A stretch of 64,000 nucleotides of DNA from Barthelona sp. PAP020 (taxonomy: Eukaryota), in NCBI GenBank assembly GCA_040182905.1, contig JARQWU010000019.1:1-64000 (forward strand), written 5' to 3'. Positions 11,301-20,192 of this stretch are shown piece after piece (the stretch's first letter is position 1; every line of letters begins with the position of its first letter). Both the position numbers and the translations under genes were made by a program. The notes under the pieces are model-generated. The model was not told the DNA's origin and did not search any database. It saw nothing but the letters and a program-made list of their open reading frames with translations.

Positions 11301-14300
11301 AGCAATCAATATATCTTTATCTTCGATAATATCTGACAAAGATACAAGATTTGAAAGATTTTCTTTTAAACTAACGTTTTCAAGCAAAGGAATTTGATTT
11401 TCTTTGAGTGACCATAATAAATCAATGATTAATGGTGCTTTCAAAGAAACTAAAATGTTTTCAAAAAAATTGAAATTGAAATCATTGACTAATTCATTTG
11501 AAATATGTGATATAGTAATTTTATTTGGTTCAAATGATTTAACGGTTGTATTGAACTGTTTAGCAATATCAATTGCTTCTGCAAGTGAATACTGAGTCTC
11601 AATCAAAGATAATATACTGGCTTTATCCCTTAAAACCCTTAATTCATCAAGATCTATATAAAACTTTGATTTCCCTTCTTTCTCATCAATATTATTCAAA
11701 ACATAATTTATACTATATTGATCACCATTATTACCTGCACAATATTTAGCTCCATCAAAGATTGAAACTTTTGTTGGTAAATATATCTCAAAACATCGAT
11801 TTCTAGCAGCTCTTGATAATTCACCAAACTTGTCATCCATTACAAAAAATAATCTAAAGTTCTCATGAGCTTTCAACGATAATAATGAAGCATCTGGAGT
11901 TTCTGTTAAAGTTAAAATACGTTCAGGCTCTAATAATGAATTTAATCGATCCAATACTGATGCAGAACATATATTAGCATTTGAAATGACAATCCAATCC
12001 CCATTTCTTACAGCATTGATTAAAGGTCCATTACGCCAAAGGAAAATACCTTTATTGTTATTTTTAGAGTATTGCTGAATAATGCTAAAGTCCTCTAACA
12101 AATAATCAACATTTCCCTTGAAAGATTGAAGAATATTTTCAACTATGATCAATTGTGCTGTATCAATCTCAAGTAATTTTCCCAATTGAACTAACCAATT
12201 CTGTGCAATGCCAAAATTATATTTTTCCATGGTCTTTTTAATGTGAGAAATCATATCATGTATCAAACGACGATAATATGTCATAAATTCAAACTGTTCA
12301 AAAGTACCAATCAAATCTGCAGTATCTATCGAACTGTTCAATATAATTTCAGAATATTCTTGACCACACAATTGACAAAAACCTTCAATCATTTCCATTC
12401 CTTGTTTTCCGATCAATAATAAAGGAGTTTTAGAAATAACTCCAGCTAACATTGCTCTGTAAGTCAATAAATAACTTGAAAAAGGTAGATATTTCAACAA
12501 ATTATAATTCTTTGTCTTATATTCAAAATTTCCAATCTTCAATGATCGTTTTTCCCTCGTTAATTGAGGTTTAACCATTGGAATATTTGGGAACTTTTCT
12601 ATCAATAAATTTGCAACAAAATCTTGATCTTTCTTTGTTCTAAACCTTTGTACGAATAGAATGTACCCTGCTTCAATAAAATTTGAATTTTCACTATAAT
12701 TAATCAATGATAACCAACGGAAAATATCTCGTAAATTGAATTCCCAAGGTGATCCTTTCATACCAATTCGATTAGAACTGATATTTTCATTCAAATCTTG
12801 TAAAAATGATAAGATTGCTGGAATATATTCCTCAATTTCTGGAAATTTCTCAAATAATATGCAAGCAAAGTCTTTTTGATTTAAACTATGAACAACAACA
12901 GTTGAAAATCGATTCACAAACGATTTAGGTAATCCTTTTCTACCTCCACCTTCTAATAAGGGATTTTGAGCCGCAAATATTCTGAAATTCTTATGAGATT
13001 TGATCTCCAATCCAATTTCAGGTATAAATAATGTCTTTCTATGATCTAATAATGCATTTAACCCTTCTAAAACAGTCTGAGGTGCTAAATTCATTTCATC
13101 CAACAAAATCCAATAACCTTGTTTGACACATTGTAATAAAGGTCCATCAATCCATTCAAAACCCTTAGATGAAGGTACATTTCTCCCTAACAGATCCATC
13201 ATATCTGTTTGATCAGATAAATTAACTCTAATAACAGTTTGTCCAACTCTTTTAGCTAAATCTTCAATCAAAGCAGTTTTACCAACACCAGGTGAACCTT
13301 CTAATAGAACAGGCTGACCTAATTGCAATGCTCTGATTACAGCTAACAAATTAAACCTTGTTGTTGAGGCGGACATGACTAAGTGGTCACTTACGTTGTT
13401 TATGTCTACAATTGGCAAACAAAAGGGTCCAACACTAAGGAATTCCTCATTATGAAATAAATGGTAACGATTACAATCAGAAGAAAAAAAAGGTAACATA
13501 TTTGGTTCACAAAAATCTTCTAAAATCAATCTTCTTTCTTCAAACCCTTTATCCGCAGAATATCTCAAGCGCAAGCTCAATCCATCCAATACGTACAAAC
13601 AGAATGCATGAATCAAAGTAAATTCACCAATGTTAATGTTTAAGTTCTGACAATCATTCAACCATTGAGCATTTTGAAGCATTTTGACAACAAAACTGGA
13701 TATGCCTCGAACATCTCGTATGGATAATGTTAATCTAGTTGAGTACTTAACTCTCAGGTATTCAATGAATTCAACTTCTTTATCTATCAAAGTTTCGATA
13801 ACGGAGCTATCAATAGCCTGGTTTGAATTTAAAAGATCCATGTATGTATCCTTAATCAATTCTTTCAATTCATCCTTCTTTTCTATGCTGAAAGGGACCC
13901 ATATTTCAGTTAATCTGGATCGCATTGCTGGAGACAGTTCTCTTTTACCAAAATCACCACCTGGATTCATTGTGGCAATAACTCTGAAATTAGGGTTACA
14001 GTATACTTCAGCATTTTCTCCTTGACTTTTTTCCGTCAATACAAGCATTCTTTCTGCTTCCAAAACACTATTCAAACGTTCTAAAACTGCATCGGGAGCC
14101 AAAGAAATTTCATCAATTAAAAAATAATTACCTTCAACTAAACACTGAACCAAAGGACCATCTTCCCATTCAAAAATAGTGTGATATTTGGTGTTTAAAG
14201 AGTTGAACAAATGAAAATCTTCATTATCTTCATTGATATCAGCAATAACTTTCTTTAATGCATTTAAAGTAGGTGATATATCATTGTAATCGTAAGCAAC

Positions 14301-17300
14301 ATCATATTTCTTTGCTAGTTCAGCGATTTGCTTGATAATCAAATCCCTATCACCTCTAGGCTTCAATTCTCCTAAGAAATCAGATGCATCAGTGTCTTGG
14401 TGACAATTCAAAATTTGTAATTTTTGATTGTCTAAAATAGCAGCTAATTGAGTTAAACTAGTTTTTCCTGTTCCTGTTGGACCTATTAATAGAGGATTCT
14501 CATTGTTAGCCAAAGCTATTTTAATTGAGTAAAAACTCTCTAAAGTACTGATGGTTGGTACAATTCTTGGATAATTATCTTGATTGAAATTCAGAATCAA
14601 TTCCTTAATACGCTTCAATTCTTTTGGTGGATAAATGTCATCATTTGATAACTCTTCAAGTTTATGTGGTTCGTCTTCTATTTGAGATCGAGATCCCTTT
14701 GAATTAGATTTGAACATTTTATAAAAAACTTTTCTGGCAATTTTCTTTTGATTTTCATTTCTCAATTTACCAGCTATTAGCAAATAACCCACAGCCCCAA
14801 GATGTTTCTTTGCTGGAACAAACTCTTCATCCTTTTCTTGTTGTTCTTCTTCCAATCGTTTACAACGGTAACCCCATCTAAACAAATCACGTAATGTCAT
14901 GAAAGCATGTTTCGCACTGAACACTTTGGAAGCCCTCAACGCTCGATCCAATTCGATAGATATCTTGACCATTTCCTTGCTCCAACTGTTAGAAATTGCA
15001 CATTTCTCTTCCAATATGGTAATCATTTCAAGGGAAGGTAATTCATCAATGAATATTTGAATAAATCTGTTTTTAAAAGCTCTAGAAAATAGTTTTCGTC
15101 CTCCGTATTCTCCTGCTGGATTTTGAGTGGCAAACAATATAAAACCACGCTTAGGTTTGATTAATTCATTTCTTTCGGCTATAAATAGCTCTCGATTATC
15201 ATCTAACAAACGATTTAAAGCTTCTAAAACATCAGATGGTGCCAAATTTAATTCATCTAAGATAATCCAATAACCATTACGCATAGCATCAACCAAGATT
15301 CCATCTTGCCATATTAATTTACCTTCTTTTGCTACATAATTACCAATATACTCTTGTATTTCAGTTCGATGATGATTATTGATACGTACAACCTTATGAT
15401 TGGTTTGATTTGCAAGATGATAAATCAATGATGTTTTCCCACTAGCAGTGGGACCTTCCAATAGAACAGGTAATTTTCCATACAAAGAAATTGCTTTAGC
15501 AACTTCTGTTAGATTCATCTTTACAGTAGGTGTTTCAATAAATTTTGTTCTAGCAACGTTTTCGCAAGTTCCTAGTGGAATTGGAGAATCTTCAATAATG
15601 ATAGTTTCATCTTGTCCAGTACAAAATGGTGATTTGGTATTTTTGGTTAATTTTGGTCTGTTCTTTGAAATATTTGAAAATTTTTCATAAAACATCTGTT
15701 GTAAGACATCTTTAGAACTTTTTTTCAAACAAGATAAAAAATTCAAACCAATTCCATCAACTATAGCTCTTTCTTTACCAATGAAAGGTGCTAAGGTGGC
15801 AATGTATTGTAAGGTACGTGATAATGTTCTTAATGAATAAGTGGGTATTTCATATACGTTTAAAACATCTTTCAAACCTATTTTTAAGAAATCCCTGGCA
15901 TCTAGATAAAACTCTGCAAGATTCCGTCTGATTTCCCCAGTTTCACCAGGTAAATATTTCTTTATGATCAATTCTAAATCACTCAGTTCTAGCACGGGCT
16001 TTACATAATACTCAATAAACTTCTCACGAATCATCAAGTTTAAATTCTTTTTTCCAACATCAGTAGCAGGATTCATGCAAGCAAATATTCGAAAATTTGG
16101 ATGTTTTTCAATAGGCTCTTTTAAACCAAACTCGTTTAAAGATATGGTTTTTACGTTGGGATCTAATAAGGGCAATAAGGCTTGTAATGTCTCAGGGGGT
16201 GCCATATTGATCTCATCCAACAATACCCAATCACCATGTCTAATCGCTGAAATAATAGCTCCTTCAATAAAAGTAAAGGGCAATAAAGTCTTTGGAGACT
16301 TGATCTGCAATAAAATGTTTTTGATTCTCTTACTCAATAATTTCCAATTGTTAAATTTAGCAAAATCAATGGGATTGATAAAACCAATATTCTTCGAATT
16401 GAATTTCTTCAAGACACCCTCGATAACCATCTGAATATTCTCCAAAAAGATAATATGATCACCTTGATTGTATAGCTTGCTGATAGTTTCTAATAAATTC
16501 TGTAAAAACTCTGGTTTAATTGAAAAGGTTTCTCTACTCAATGCATTAAATTCATTGAAAATCATTTTCATTGAAGAATTGATTTCAAATGGCTTAAACC
16601 CGCCAAAAAATTCATTGGCCTCAGTTTGAGAGGATAAATTGTGAACCAACAATTTTTTTTCCAACAATTCACTGAAATATTGAATAGTTGTAGTTTTACC
16701 ATCTCCTGTTTCACCAACCAATAAAACAGGTTCATTGTGCTTTATCGACAATGCAATTCGTTCTAACAATTGTCTTGTAGGTTCAGTTATGGCAAAATTT
16801 CTGTCAATAACGGCAGTTGAATGTTTAAAAGGAATGTTAACCCTACCAGCAACAATATAATCGGAATTAATTTCAAAAATGGGCGTGGAAATTGCATTTT
16901 CTAATACATTTTGATTGCATCCAAGATTCTCTCGAAGTAAATCAAGCAAAAAAGAAACATCTGCTGCATTAGAAACACTAGCAACAAAAATATCAATCAT
17001 ATTCTTCATGAGATCTTTTTGTATCGTCTCATTAATACTCTCATACGATATCTTATCATCTAATCTTGCTAATAAACGAATAAAAGAACCAAACCTGGGA
17101 ACCCTGTGACCTAATTCATTCATCGCCTCTATCATCACTTCATAACAAGCAATTAACCTAGGGCCTAAATGCCTTAAATGTGGATAACGAATCTCAATAA
17201 TATGCTGCATCTCTTGAGATGAATAATCTTCATGTGTCAATAAATACCATAGAGGAAAAAAAGGTACAGAATGCACAAGCCTATTTGAAGCCACTGTAGC

Positions 17301-18053
17301 AGTAGCTAACAATCTGAAATTTGAATGTACCTGAATAGTTTCTGCTGTAAATGGAATCATCAATTGGCCTCTACTCAAAACACTCTCAATCAATTCAAAC
17401 AAAGAAGGAGGACATTGATCAATATTTTTCAACAAAACCCAACCACCATTTCTAACAGCTTTAACCAAAACAGTTTCAACATAACGAAAAGATCCAGGTT
17501 CTTCGTCACTAACAATGGTTCCAATCAAATCTTTTGCATCAGAAGAATCAGATAGATAAATAATATCAAGTTTATTTTGTGTTTCATGAGCTAAATGTCT
17601 AACTATCAATTCCTTTCCACTACCGGGCTTTCCACTTAATAATATTGGATGCCTATTTAATAAATGTATGACTAATGACAGTTTCAAACTTTTCAATTTG
17701 TTTGTAATGACTATATCAGTTGGTTTCGATAAATGAGTTGATAAAGGAAATGGAAATCCTTCAAAAATTTTATGTGGAACATTATCATCAATAAAAACAT
17801 CATTTCTTTGCCAAAACTTATGAGAAAAATCATTGCGATAATTAATTAAGGTATAATACTCTTCTTCAGTTAAATGTTCTTTTAAATATTCATCAGAATA
17901 CTTATAATCAATGATAAGCTTTTCTATTTGATCATTGTCAAGATTATCAACAATATCATTTAAATAAACTGAACTTGGTTCATCAAATTCAAAACTATTT
18001 TGTTTCAAATGGTTGGAATGATGATTAATTTCTGATTCATTCATCTCAATCAT
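5319..18053 (-). CDS. MDN1: Midasin / Rea1 AAA+ ATPase (60S ribosome biogenesis), 4244 aa
   Basis: Six tandem AAA modules: Walker A GKPGSGKE, GETGDGKT, GPTASGKT, GPTGTGKT, GSPGVGKT and a degenerate sixth; Walker B LLDEIN/ILDELN/LIDEIS/LLDEMN. Also NPAGEYGGRK and NPGGDFGKRELS motifs, a long linker, a D/E-rich tail, GYKSGKRLNLKKLIPYIASNYRKDAIWLRR and a C-terminal MIDAS DNSRS motif. Confidence 0.98.
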   Translation of the reverse strand: MIEMNESEINHHSNHLKQNSFEFDEPSSVYLNDIVDNLDNDQIEKLIIDYKYSDEYLKEHLTEEEYYTLINYRNDFSHKFWQRNDVFIDDNVPHKIFEGFPFPLSTHLSKPTDIVITNKLKSLKLSLVIHLLNRHPILLSGKPGSGKELIVRHLAHETQNKLDIIYLSDSSDAKDLIGTIVSDEEPGSFRYVETVLVKAVRNGGWVLLKNIDQCPPSLFELIESVLSRGQLMIPFTAETIQVHSNFRLLATATVASNRLVHSVPFFPLWYLLTHEDYSSQEMQHIIEIRYPHLRHLGPRLIACYEVMIEAMNELGHRVPRFGSFIRLLARLDDKISYESINETIQKDLMKNMIDIFVASVSNAADVSFLLDLLRENLGCNQNVLENAISTPIFEINSDYIVAGRVNIPFKHSTAVIDRNFAITEPTRQLLERIALSIKHNEPVLLVGETGDGKTTTIQYFSELLEKKLLVHNLSSQTEANEFFGGFKPFEINSSMKMIFNEFNALSRETFSIKPEFLQNLLETISKLYNQGDHIIFLENIQMVIEGVLKKFNSKNIGFINPIDFAKFNNWKLLSKRIKNILLQIKSPKTLLPFTFIEGAIISAIRHGDWVLLDEINMAPPETLQALLPLLDPNVKTISLNEFGLKEPIEKHPNFRIFACMNPATDVGKKNLNLMIREKFIEYYVKPVLELSDLELIIKKYLPGETGEIRRNLAEFYLDARDFLKIGLKDVLNVYEIPTYSLRTLSRTLQYIATLAPFIGKERAIVDGIGLNFLSCLKKSSKDVLQQMFYEKFSNISKNRPKLTKNTKSPFCTGQDETIIIEDSPIPLGTCENVARTKFIETPTVKMNLTEVAKAISLYGKLPVLLEGPTASGKTSLIYHLANQTNHKVVRINNHHRTEIQEYIGNYVAKEGKLIWQDGILVDAMRNGYWIILDELNLAPSDVLEALNRLLDDNRELFIAERNELIKPKRGFILFATQNPAGEYGGRKLFSRAFKNRFIQIFIDELPSLEMITILEEKCAISNSWSKEMVKISIELDRALRASKVFSAKHAFMTLRDLFRWGYRCKRLEEEQQEKDEEFVPAKKHLGAVGYLLIAGKLRNENQKKIARKVFYKMFKSNSKGSRSQIEDEPHKLEELSNDDIYPPKELKRIKELILNFNQDNYPRIVPTISTLESFYSIKIALANNENPLLIGPTGTGKTSLTQLAAILDNQKLQILNCHQDTDASDFLGELKPRGDRDLIIKQIAELAKKYDVAYDYNDISPTLNALKKVIADINEDNEDFHLFNSLNTKYHTIFEWEDGPLVQCLVEGNYFLIDEISLAPDAVLERLNSVLEAERMLVLTEKSQGENAEVYCNPNFRVIATMNPGGDFGKRELSPAMRSRLTEIWVPFSIEKKDELKELIKDTYMDLLNSNQAIDSSVIETLIDKEVEFIEYLRVKYSTRLTLSIRDVRGISSFVVKMLQNAQWLNDCQNLNINIGEFTLIHAFCLYVLDGLSLRLRYSADKGFEERRLILEDFCEPNMLPFFSSDCNRYHLFHNEEFLSVGPFCLPIVDINNVSDHLVMSASTTRFNLLAVIRALQLGQPVLLEGSPGVGKTALIEDLAKRVGQTVIRVNLSDQTDMMDLLGRNVPSSKGFEWIDGPLLQCVKQGYWILLDEMNLAPQTVLEGLNALLDHRKTLFIPEIGLEIKSHKNFRIFAAQNPLLEGGGRKGLPKSFVNRFSTVVVHSLNQKDFACILFEKFPEIEEYIPAILSFLQDLNENISSNRIGMKGSPWEFNLRDIFRWLSLINYSENSNFIEAGYILFVQRFRTKKDQDFVANLLIEKFPNIPMVKPQLTREKRSLKIGNFEYKTKNYNLLKYLPFSSYLLTYRAMLAGVISKTPLLLIGKQGMEMIEGFCQLCGQEYSEIILNSSIDTADLIGTFEQFEFMTYYRRLIHDMISHIKKTMEKYNFGIAQNWLVQLGKLLEIDTAQLIIVENILQSFKGNVDYLLEDFSIIQQYSKNNNKGIFLWRNGPLINAVRNGDWIVISNANICSASVLDRLNSLLEPERILTLTETPDASLLSLKAHENFRLFFVMDDKFGELSRAARNRCFEIYLPTKVSIFDGAKYCAGNNGDQYSINYVLNNIDEKEGKSKFYIDLDELRVLRDKASILSLIETQYSLAEAIDIAKQFNTTVKSFEPNKITISHISNELVNDFNFNFFENILVSLKAPLIIDLLWSLKENQIPLLENVSLKENLSNLVSLSDIIEDKDILIALTQYIQYSDNIVAFIRFIELFKKLLQNRKQWTIFWRLYYPTLTNLAKHLLPEICDYRATELAKLNLGTEFYFELTDFNDDSKQDLIYDFKHISINQLVTIVEIYNFAKNKLNPIILSKLGIIFCQINSPLYPSLPKAEIETEISNWNIRNTLIDIHQKFNHLKIEDLLTIESIITNLHPYLLSTPLTIDSLMNQLKNVFILMKIENYDLGIYQNMLNHVDFDNVEDSIFYCYWSGVGILNKISTWPDDPQYIVKTMKILDKQKELMIKNIQIFEGFYEHYFGGDYFDYHNVSPRFIEIADEIDIIGANLLKSHLASLNRLINSSLFRPDSLVQFKQNANMINIAIGALEKFLKSVNSDEKLKDRIDLLISLTTPVIVLLLCLLSLQEQSEVKDGKISLSCDEIPSLINLKDENDAYVVNSRELYGLLALFSKHQQRFEDPYFLNVITGIGIRYMRAYEENEIKEAMEGRAFTIKDDNLNQRAELKDGAFNDMVGKYQFEMFKEFANEENFEDTFKVVEEVQEIKMEIFKGNDDSKLLSRDFLRLWGSILCETAGIELPIVKVYVDDEIHKEFNNIQKFLTNKNILSQVLLLINKHSIDIKQIMNQDITDMVNIYEVSILSETKKLIGVLDALLDQIEIFLNDSLFHEDFNLLNLKHAVNKILNMELSLSLMNLASVVESLIGLIEEWNSVKPKMYKFLKSQEELSLLILSWRKIELNRYPQVLHRTRSQICDEALINGIHMLMISVLEPLVSDEVMDQEGIKCVLKQLKRYLLEGKLADFKVRLSMIKIIQQFIKQNTKHEAYNQGLLSFIRYFSSFETIVEDKLKELIKNEDIDTKMGKLIALASFKKKSGMKEEMEKDDEDEDAEYTGFGKFSTYHAFRQTTEKFRTDLMQINHSYFEICNQPVNTLYEEMITSFESIQTLTVPLFDSCNENNTMFTILFSILNDVTTVFKDEKINRAIKTKVLKTMVDSFKSYGFKGLKDKIMVSKTGILTKYYLPGHQSSSKILHSINVIDTLIKQSEHCHKTINESYKRFLVKVSGLLMKLSLSLISSMGLIRYNRLRIQKFASDSKSIIEPSRFRLNKGQLIGLDQILNTYKNLLRKDDSEGQAAVNGMIRSVKLLFDLEERLHLKLVTDAEVDELVNNYEIQRAKFERFADDRIIFSDIIDTCIDKEFDLLKENSMMTSDQRIIPSVDEYYHDIKGVKYHTRLLNDKLTQEEEEEEEEEENTLNSNSDIYIHIEKLTQYFKRLSKFSNDYRFYLNDVNEGRVDSKEIVGIVNELMGCEKYLESYTSNFSDLTNYFIDLTFYLLKEGFGEKEEEVEEIENEQEVKGEGLSNADTNNTETNNEDLDEERDFEELKGDEAPEMMDEDDKENDRNDFNDDKNAIVEDVEEDMNEFNSDLSDVEEDFDDFDDKLDHNGKEEQLMNEDMLDGEQDVDAQENEHQEMGVDQLEAADDELDEAGDTKEAEFDANDDISDMSDAEREDIDEERVPEAEAETEDSNEEQQDENFEDQQFEEQDVEDDQNLDDNEDETEEVQNDGENEEGNLEQEEEEEEENMQDQDDGVTEEEQHDELNADTQNEAGQDNGAGDGDDLGQVDNSEANSAPGQAAMGEAVDSAEIVEAVDGEADDDADEYGLDDTGTDDTKGARAEAIDDSEAMDNAADIFEDEKKKSNETEENNKSEKDLVGKVGMPQDEMDVDEVEVIENEIEDLRIPELINSASILANNLVEQLKIVLTPTRAARLSGGYKSGKRLNLKKLIPYIASNYRKDAIWLRRKQPDKLEYQVLLALDNSRSMSDMNAQYKAIESTAAIGKAFSQLEIGSFGVVSFGESAEMIHPMDIPMGDESLLNVLENFTFDAERTDFNNLLDLAINEFANTDSSQVDASILCHQLLFIVSDGKIPNRDVLINPLNHLKKNNVIIVFLIIDKDDKLMKTQKYVPVKDSTGKIIKMQKSLYVDTIPFEQYTILNDVDRLPDVLCDSIRECLQLLMNS

Positions 18054-18569
18054 GTAAAAAAAAAAACTTTTGACATTTCATTTTTCATTTTTATCTTTTA
18101 GATTGCAAATTTTCTTTATTTTCTTTTTAAATGTTAAGTTTCTTTGCATTTTTCTTGAAATTAAAAAAATTTGAAAGAAAAAGTATCATCTCAAAAACAA
18201 AAAAATAATTGGATTGTTTTTGATCCTTTCAAACAAATTTTGTTACTACACTTATTATATTGATGATAATCTCTCTGAAATTGAATGACTTTTTCAAGAG
18301 TAGTTAAACACCATTCATTGAAGGATGAATGATTCATATAAAACAAATATCCAATGTTTCGTTTTTTACTTAGATGTGAACCTTTTTCATTTTACACTTC
18401 AATGTTTGCTCGTTGTGATTATCAGGCAAAGACGAAAGAAGAAGAATCAAATATTAGAGATAAATCAAGTTGAACAAGGGCATAAATTAGTATTATTCAT
18501 AGGCCTGAATAAATAAGGGAGGATAATATTTATTACATGAAAGACCTTTGATCTTTTTCAACTTTGAAC

Positions 18570-18599
18570 TAGCGGCAAAGCTTTAAAGTTTTGCTTCTA
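18570..18599. other. Near-perfect hairpin in the midasin upstream intergenic region
   Basis: TAGCG-GCAAAGCTTT/AAAGTTTTGC-TTCTA is self-complementary with G:U pairs and one mismatch. Confidence 0.4.
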
Positions 18600-18661
18600 A
18601 ACAGAACAAAAAGGGAATTGGATATATATTTTGCAAGATTCTGCTCATAATTGATAATTTG

Positions 18662-18679
18662 CTTTCAAACGTTTGAAAG
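18662..18679. other. Perfect 18-bp palindrome
   Basis: CTTTCAAAC-GTTTGAAAG. Confidence 0.5.
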
Positions 18680-18844
18680 TAGTATCACATGAAATGTTTT
18701 ATTTTTTATTGTCACTGTATTTAGACGAAGTGAATGTTTTTCTGTGTTTCGACAGCAGAGAATAGCGTTGTGTTTCTTTACTGACTTTACATTCCTTTGT
18801 TTGCTGGTTTGGTGTTCTGCTTATTTTTTGACAAAAATAACCAA

Positions 18845-19159
18845 ACTCAAATTTGAATAATAAAGAAGCCATTTCCTCAAAAAATATTGAAAAAGAAATT
18901 AAAAGGCCTATTGTTTTTGTCCAATCGAAATTTTTCCGATTCCTCCTTTTTTCCTCACGGTATTTTCATTAATCTACCCTGAAAGTTTTGACCTGCCACG
19001 GTGAATGCAAGAATACTTGCACAATTGAGATAAATTTGAAATATTTCGGAGCTTAAAGCTATTTTAAGCAATTAGTAAGACAAAATGTCACATTGCGCAT
19101 AGGGCTTAGCTCTCTGTTGACGTGCTGTGTAAGAGTAAGTCTGAAGAGAGAGGAGTTCC
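18845..19159 (-). repeat. Dispersed non-coding repeat, copy B (inverted relative to copy A)
   Basis: Reverse complement of 18907-19159 matches 371-617 at about 75-82% identity, with an identical 22-mer at 18986-19007. Weaker similarity extends to about 18845. Confidence 0.85.
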
Positions 19160-19523
19160 AATTTTCAATCCCAAAAGGATAGATACATCCTGTGTAAGAA
19201 GGTTCTGAATATCAAATAATTGGATTGGTTACTATGTAAGAGAACCACAAAAACAGAATTCATCCGCGCAGCCAATGAATGCATCAAAGTTTATTTGATT
19301 GATGGTATTTGCCAGCAAAAAAGTCATGGGAAGATTGATGAACAATGTGAAATACCTGAGTGGTAAGCAAAAATTAATGAAAGAAATAAGTTGATTCATC
19401 CAAAAACTCATGATTTCAATTATAGTACTTTAAACCATTTTACTAACCAATCAATCATCATCATTATTATCAATGCTGTCACTTTGTTCATTCATGTAAA
19501 TACCTGCAACTACCAATTGTCTT

Positions 19524-19787
19524 ATGATTGAAATGTTCATTTTCAGAGAAATAAAATTTGACAATACTTCTGCACTGCACATCAGTTGTCAAAATGGTTA
19601 TTTTGATGTTGCCAAAATGCTCTTGGATTTTGGCACTGATGTTAATTTGTGTATGAATGGTGGTACTTCTGCATTGTTCATTTGTTGTCAAGAAGGTCAT
19701 CTTAATGTTGTGAAAGTGCTGTTGAATTGTGGAGCTGATGTTAATCTGTGTATTAATAAGGGTCCTCAATTTTTCCTTAGAATTTGA
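19524..19787 (+). pseudogene. Ankyrin-repeat gene fragment (two repeats, truncated)
   Basis: TSALHISCQNGYFDVAKMLLDFGTDVN and GTSALFICCQEGHLNVVKVLLNCGADVN are canonical ankyrin repeats. A third repeat breaks off at KGPQFF and the ORF is only 87 aa. Confidence 0.75.
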
Positions 19788-20109
19788 CTGAAATTTTCCA
19801 GAATGAGTTTTTTAAATTGCCTTTTTTTTGTAAATAGATATATTTGTTTTAAAATTGAACCAAACTATTTGATATTTAAGATTATAAAGATTTAATTCCC
19901 TGTTTGTGTTAATTTAAAAATTGAAATTTTAGGAAAATGGAGAAAATGTAAAAGTAACAAATTGACAAATTAATTTAAACAAAAATATTTCCTTTTTTTT
20001 CTTTTTAAAAGATTATTTCAATGTTATTTAAAACATTAATAAAAAAATTTAGTAAAAAAAGAAAATATGCATTTAAATCAATCGAAGAAAATTATCATTC
20101 GCAAATATA

Positions 20110-20182
20110 TCCGGGTTGGCATAGTTGGTAGCGCATTCGCTTAGTAAGCGAAAGGTCGACGGTTCAAGTCCGTCACTCGGAA
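20110..20182 (+). tRNA. tRNA-Thr, anticodon AGT, no intron
   Basis: Cloverleaf: acceptor TCCGGGT/ACTCGGA, D arm GCAT-AGTTGGTA-GCGC, anticodon stem TTCGC/GCGAA with loop TT-AGT-AA, variable AGGTC, T arm GACGG-TTCAAGT-CCGTC, discriminator A. Confidence 0.93.
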
Positions 20183-20186
20183 TTAG

Positions 20187-20192
20187 TTTTTT
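20187..20192 (+). terminator. RNA polymerase III oligo-T terminator of the tRNA gene
   Basis: T6 run starting 5 nt after the discriminator base. Confidence 0.7.

Noticed and set aside
6121..17555. Many short ORFs antisense to or out of frame within midasin
   Set aside because: Shadow ORFs caused by codon bias and the D/E-rich low-complexity tail.
18984..18996. GCAGGTCAAAACT on the minus strand resembles a stretch of metazoan SRP RNA
   Set aside because: The helix-8 CCAGG...GNRA...AGCAG structure is absent, so this is probably a chance match.
19125..19241. Three CTRTGTAAGA direct repeats as a CRISPR-like array
   Set aside because: Repeats are only 10 bp with irregular spacing (65 and 42 bp), there are no cas genes, and the context is eukaryotic.
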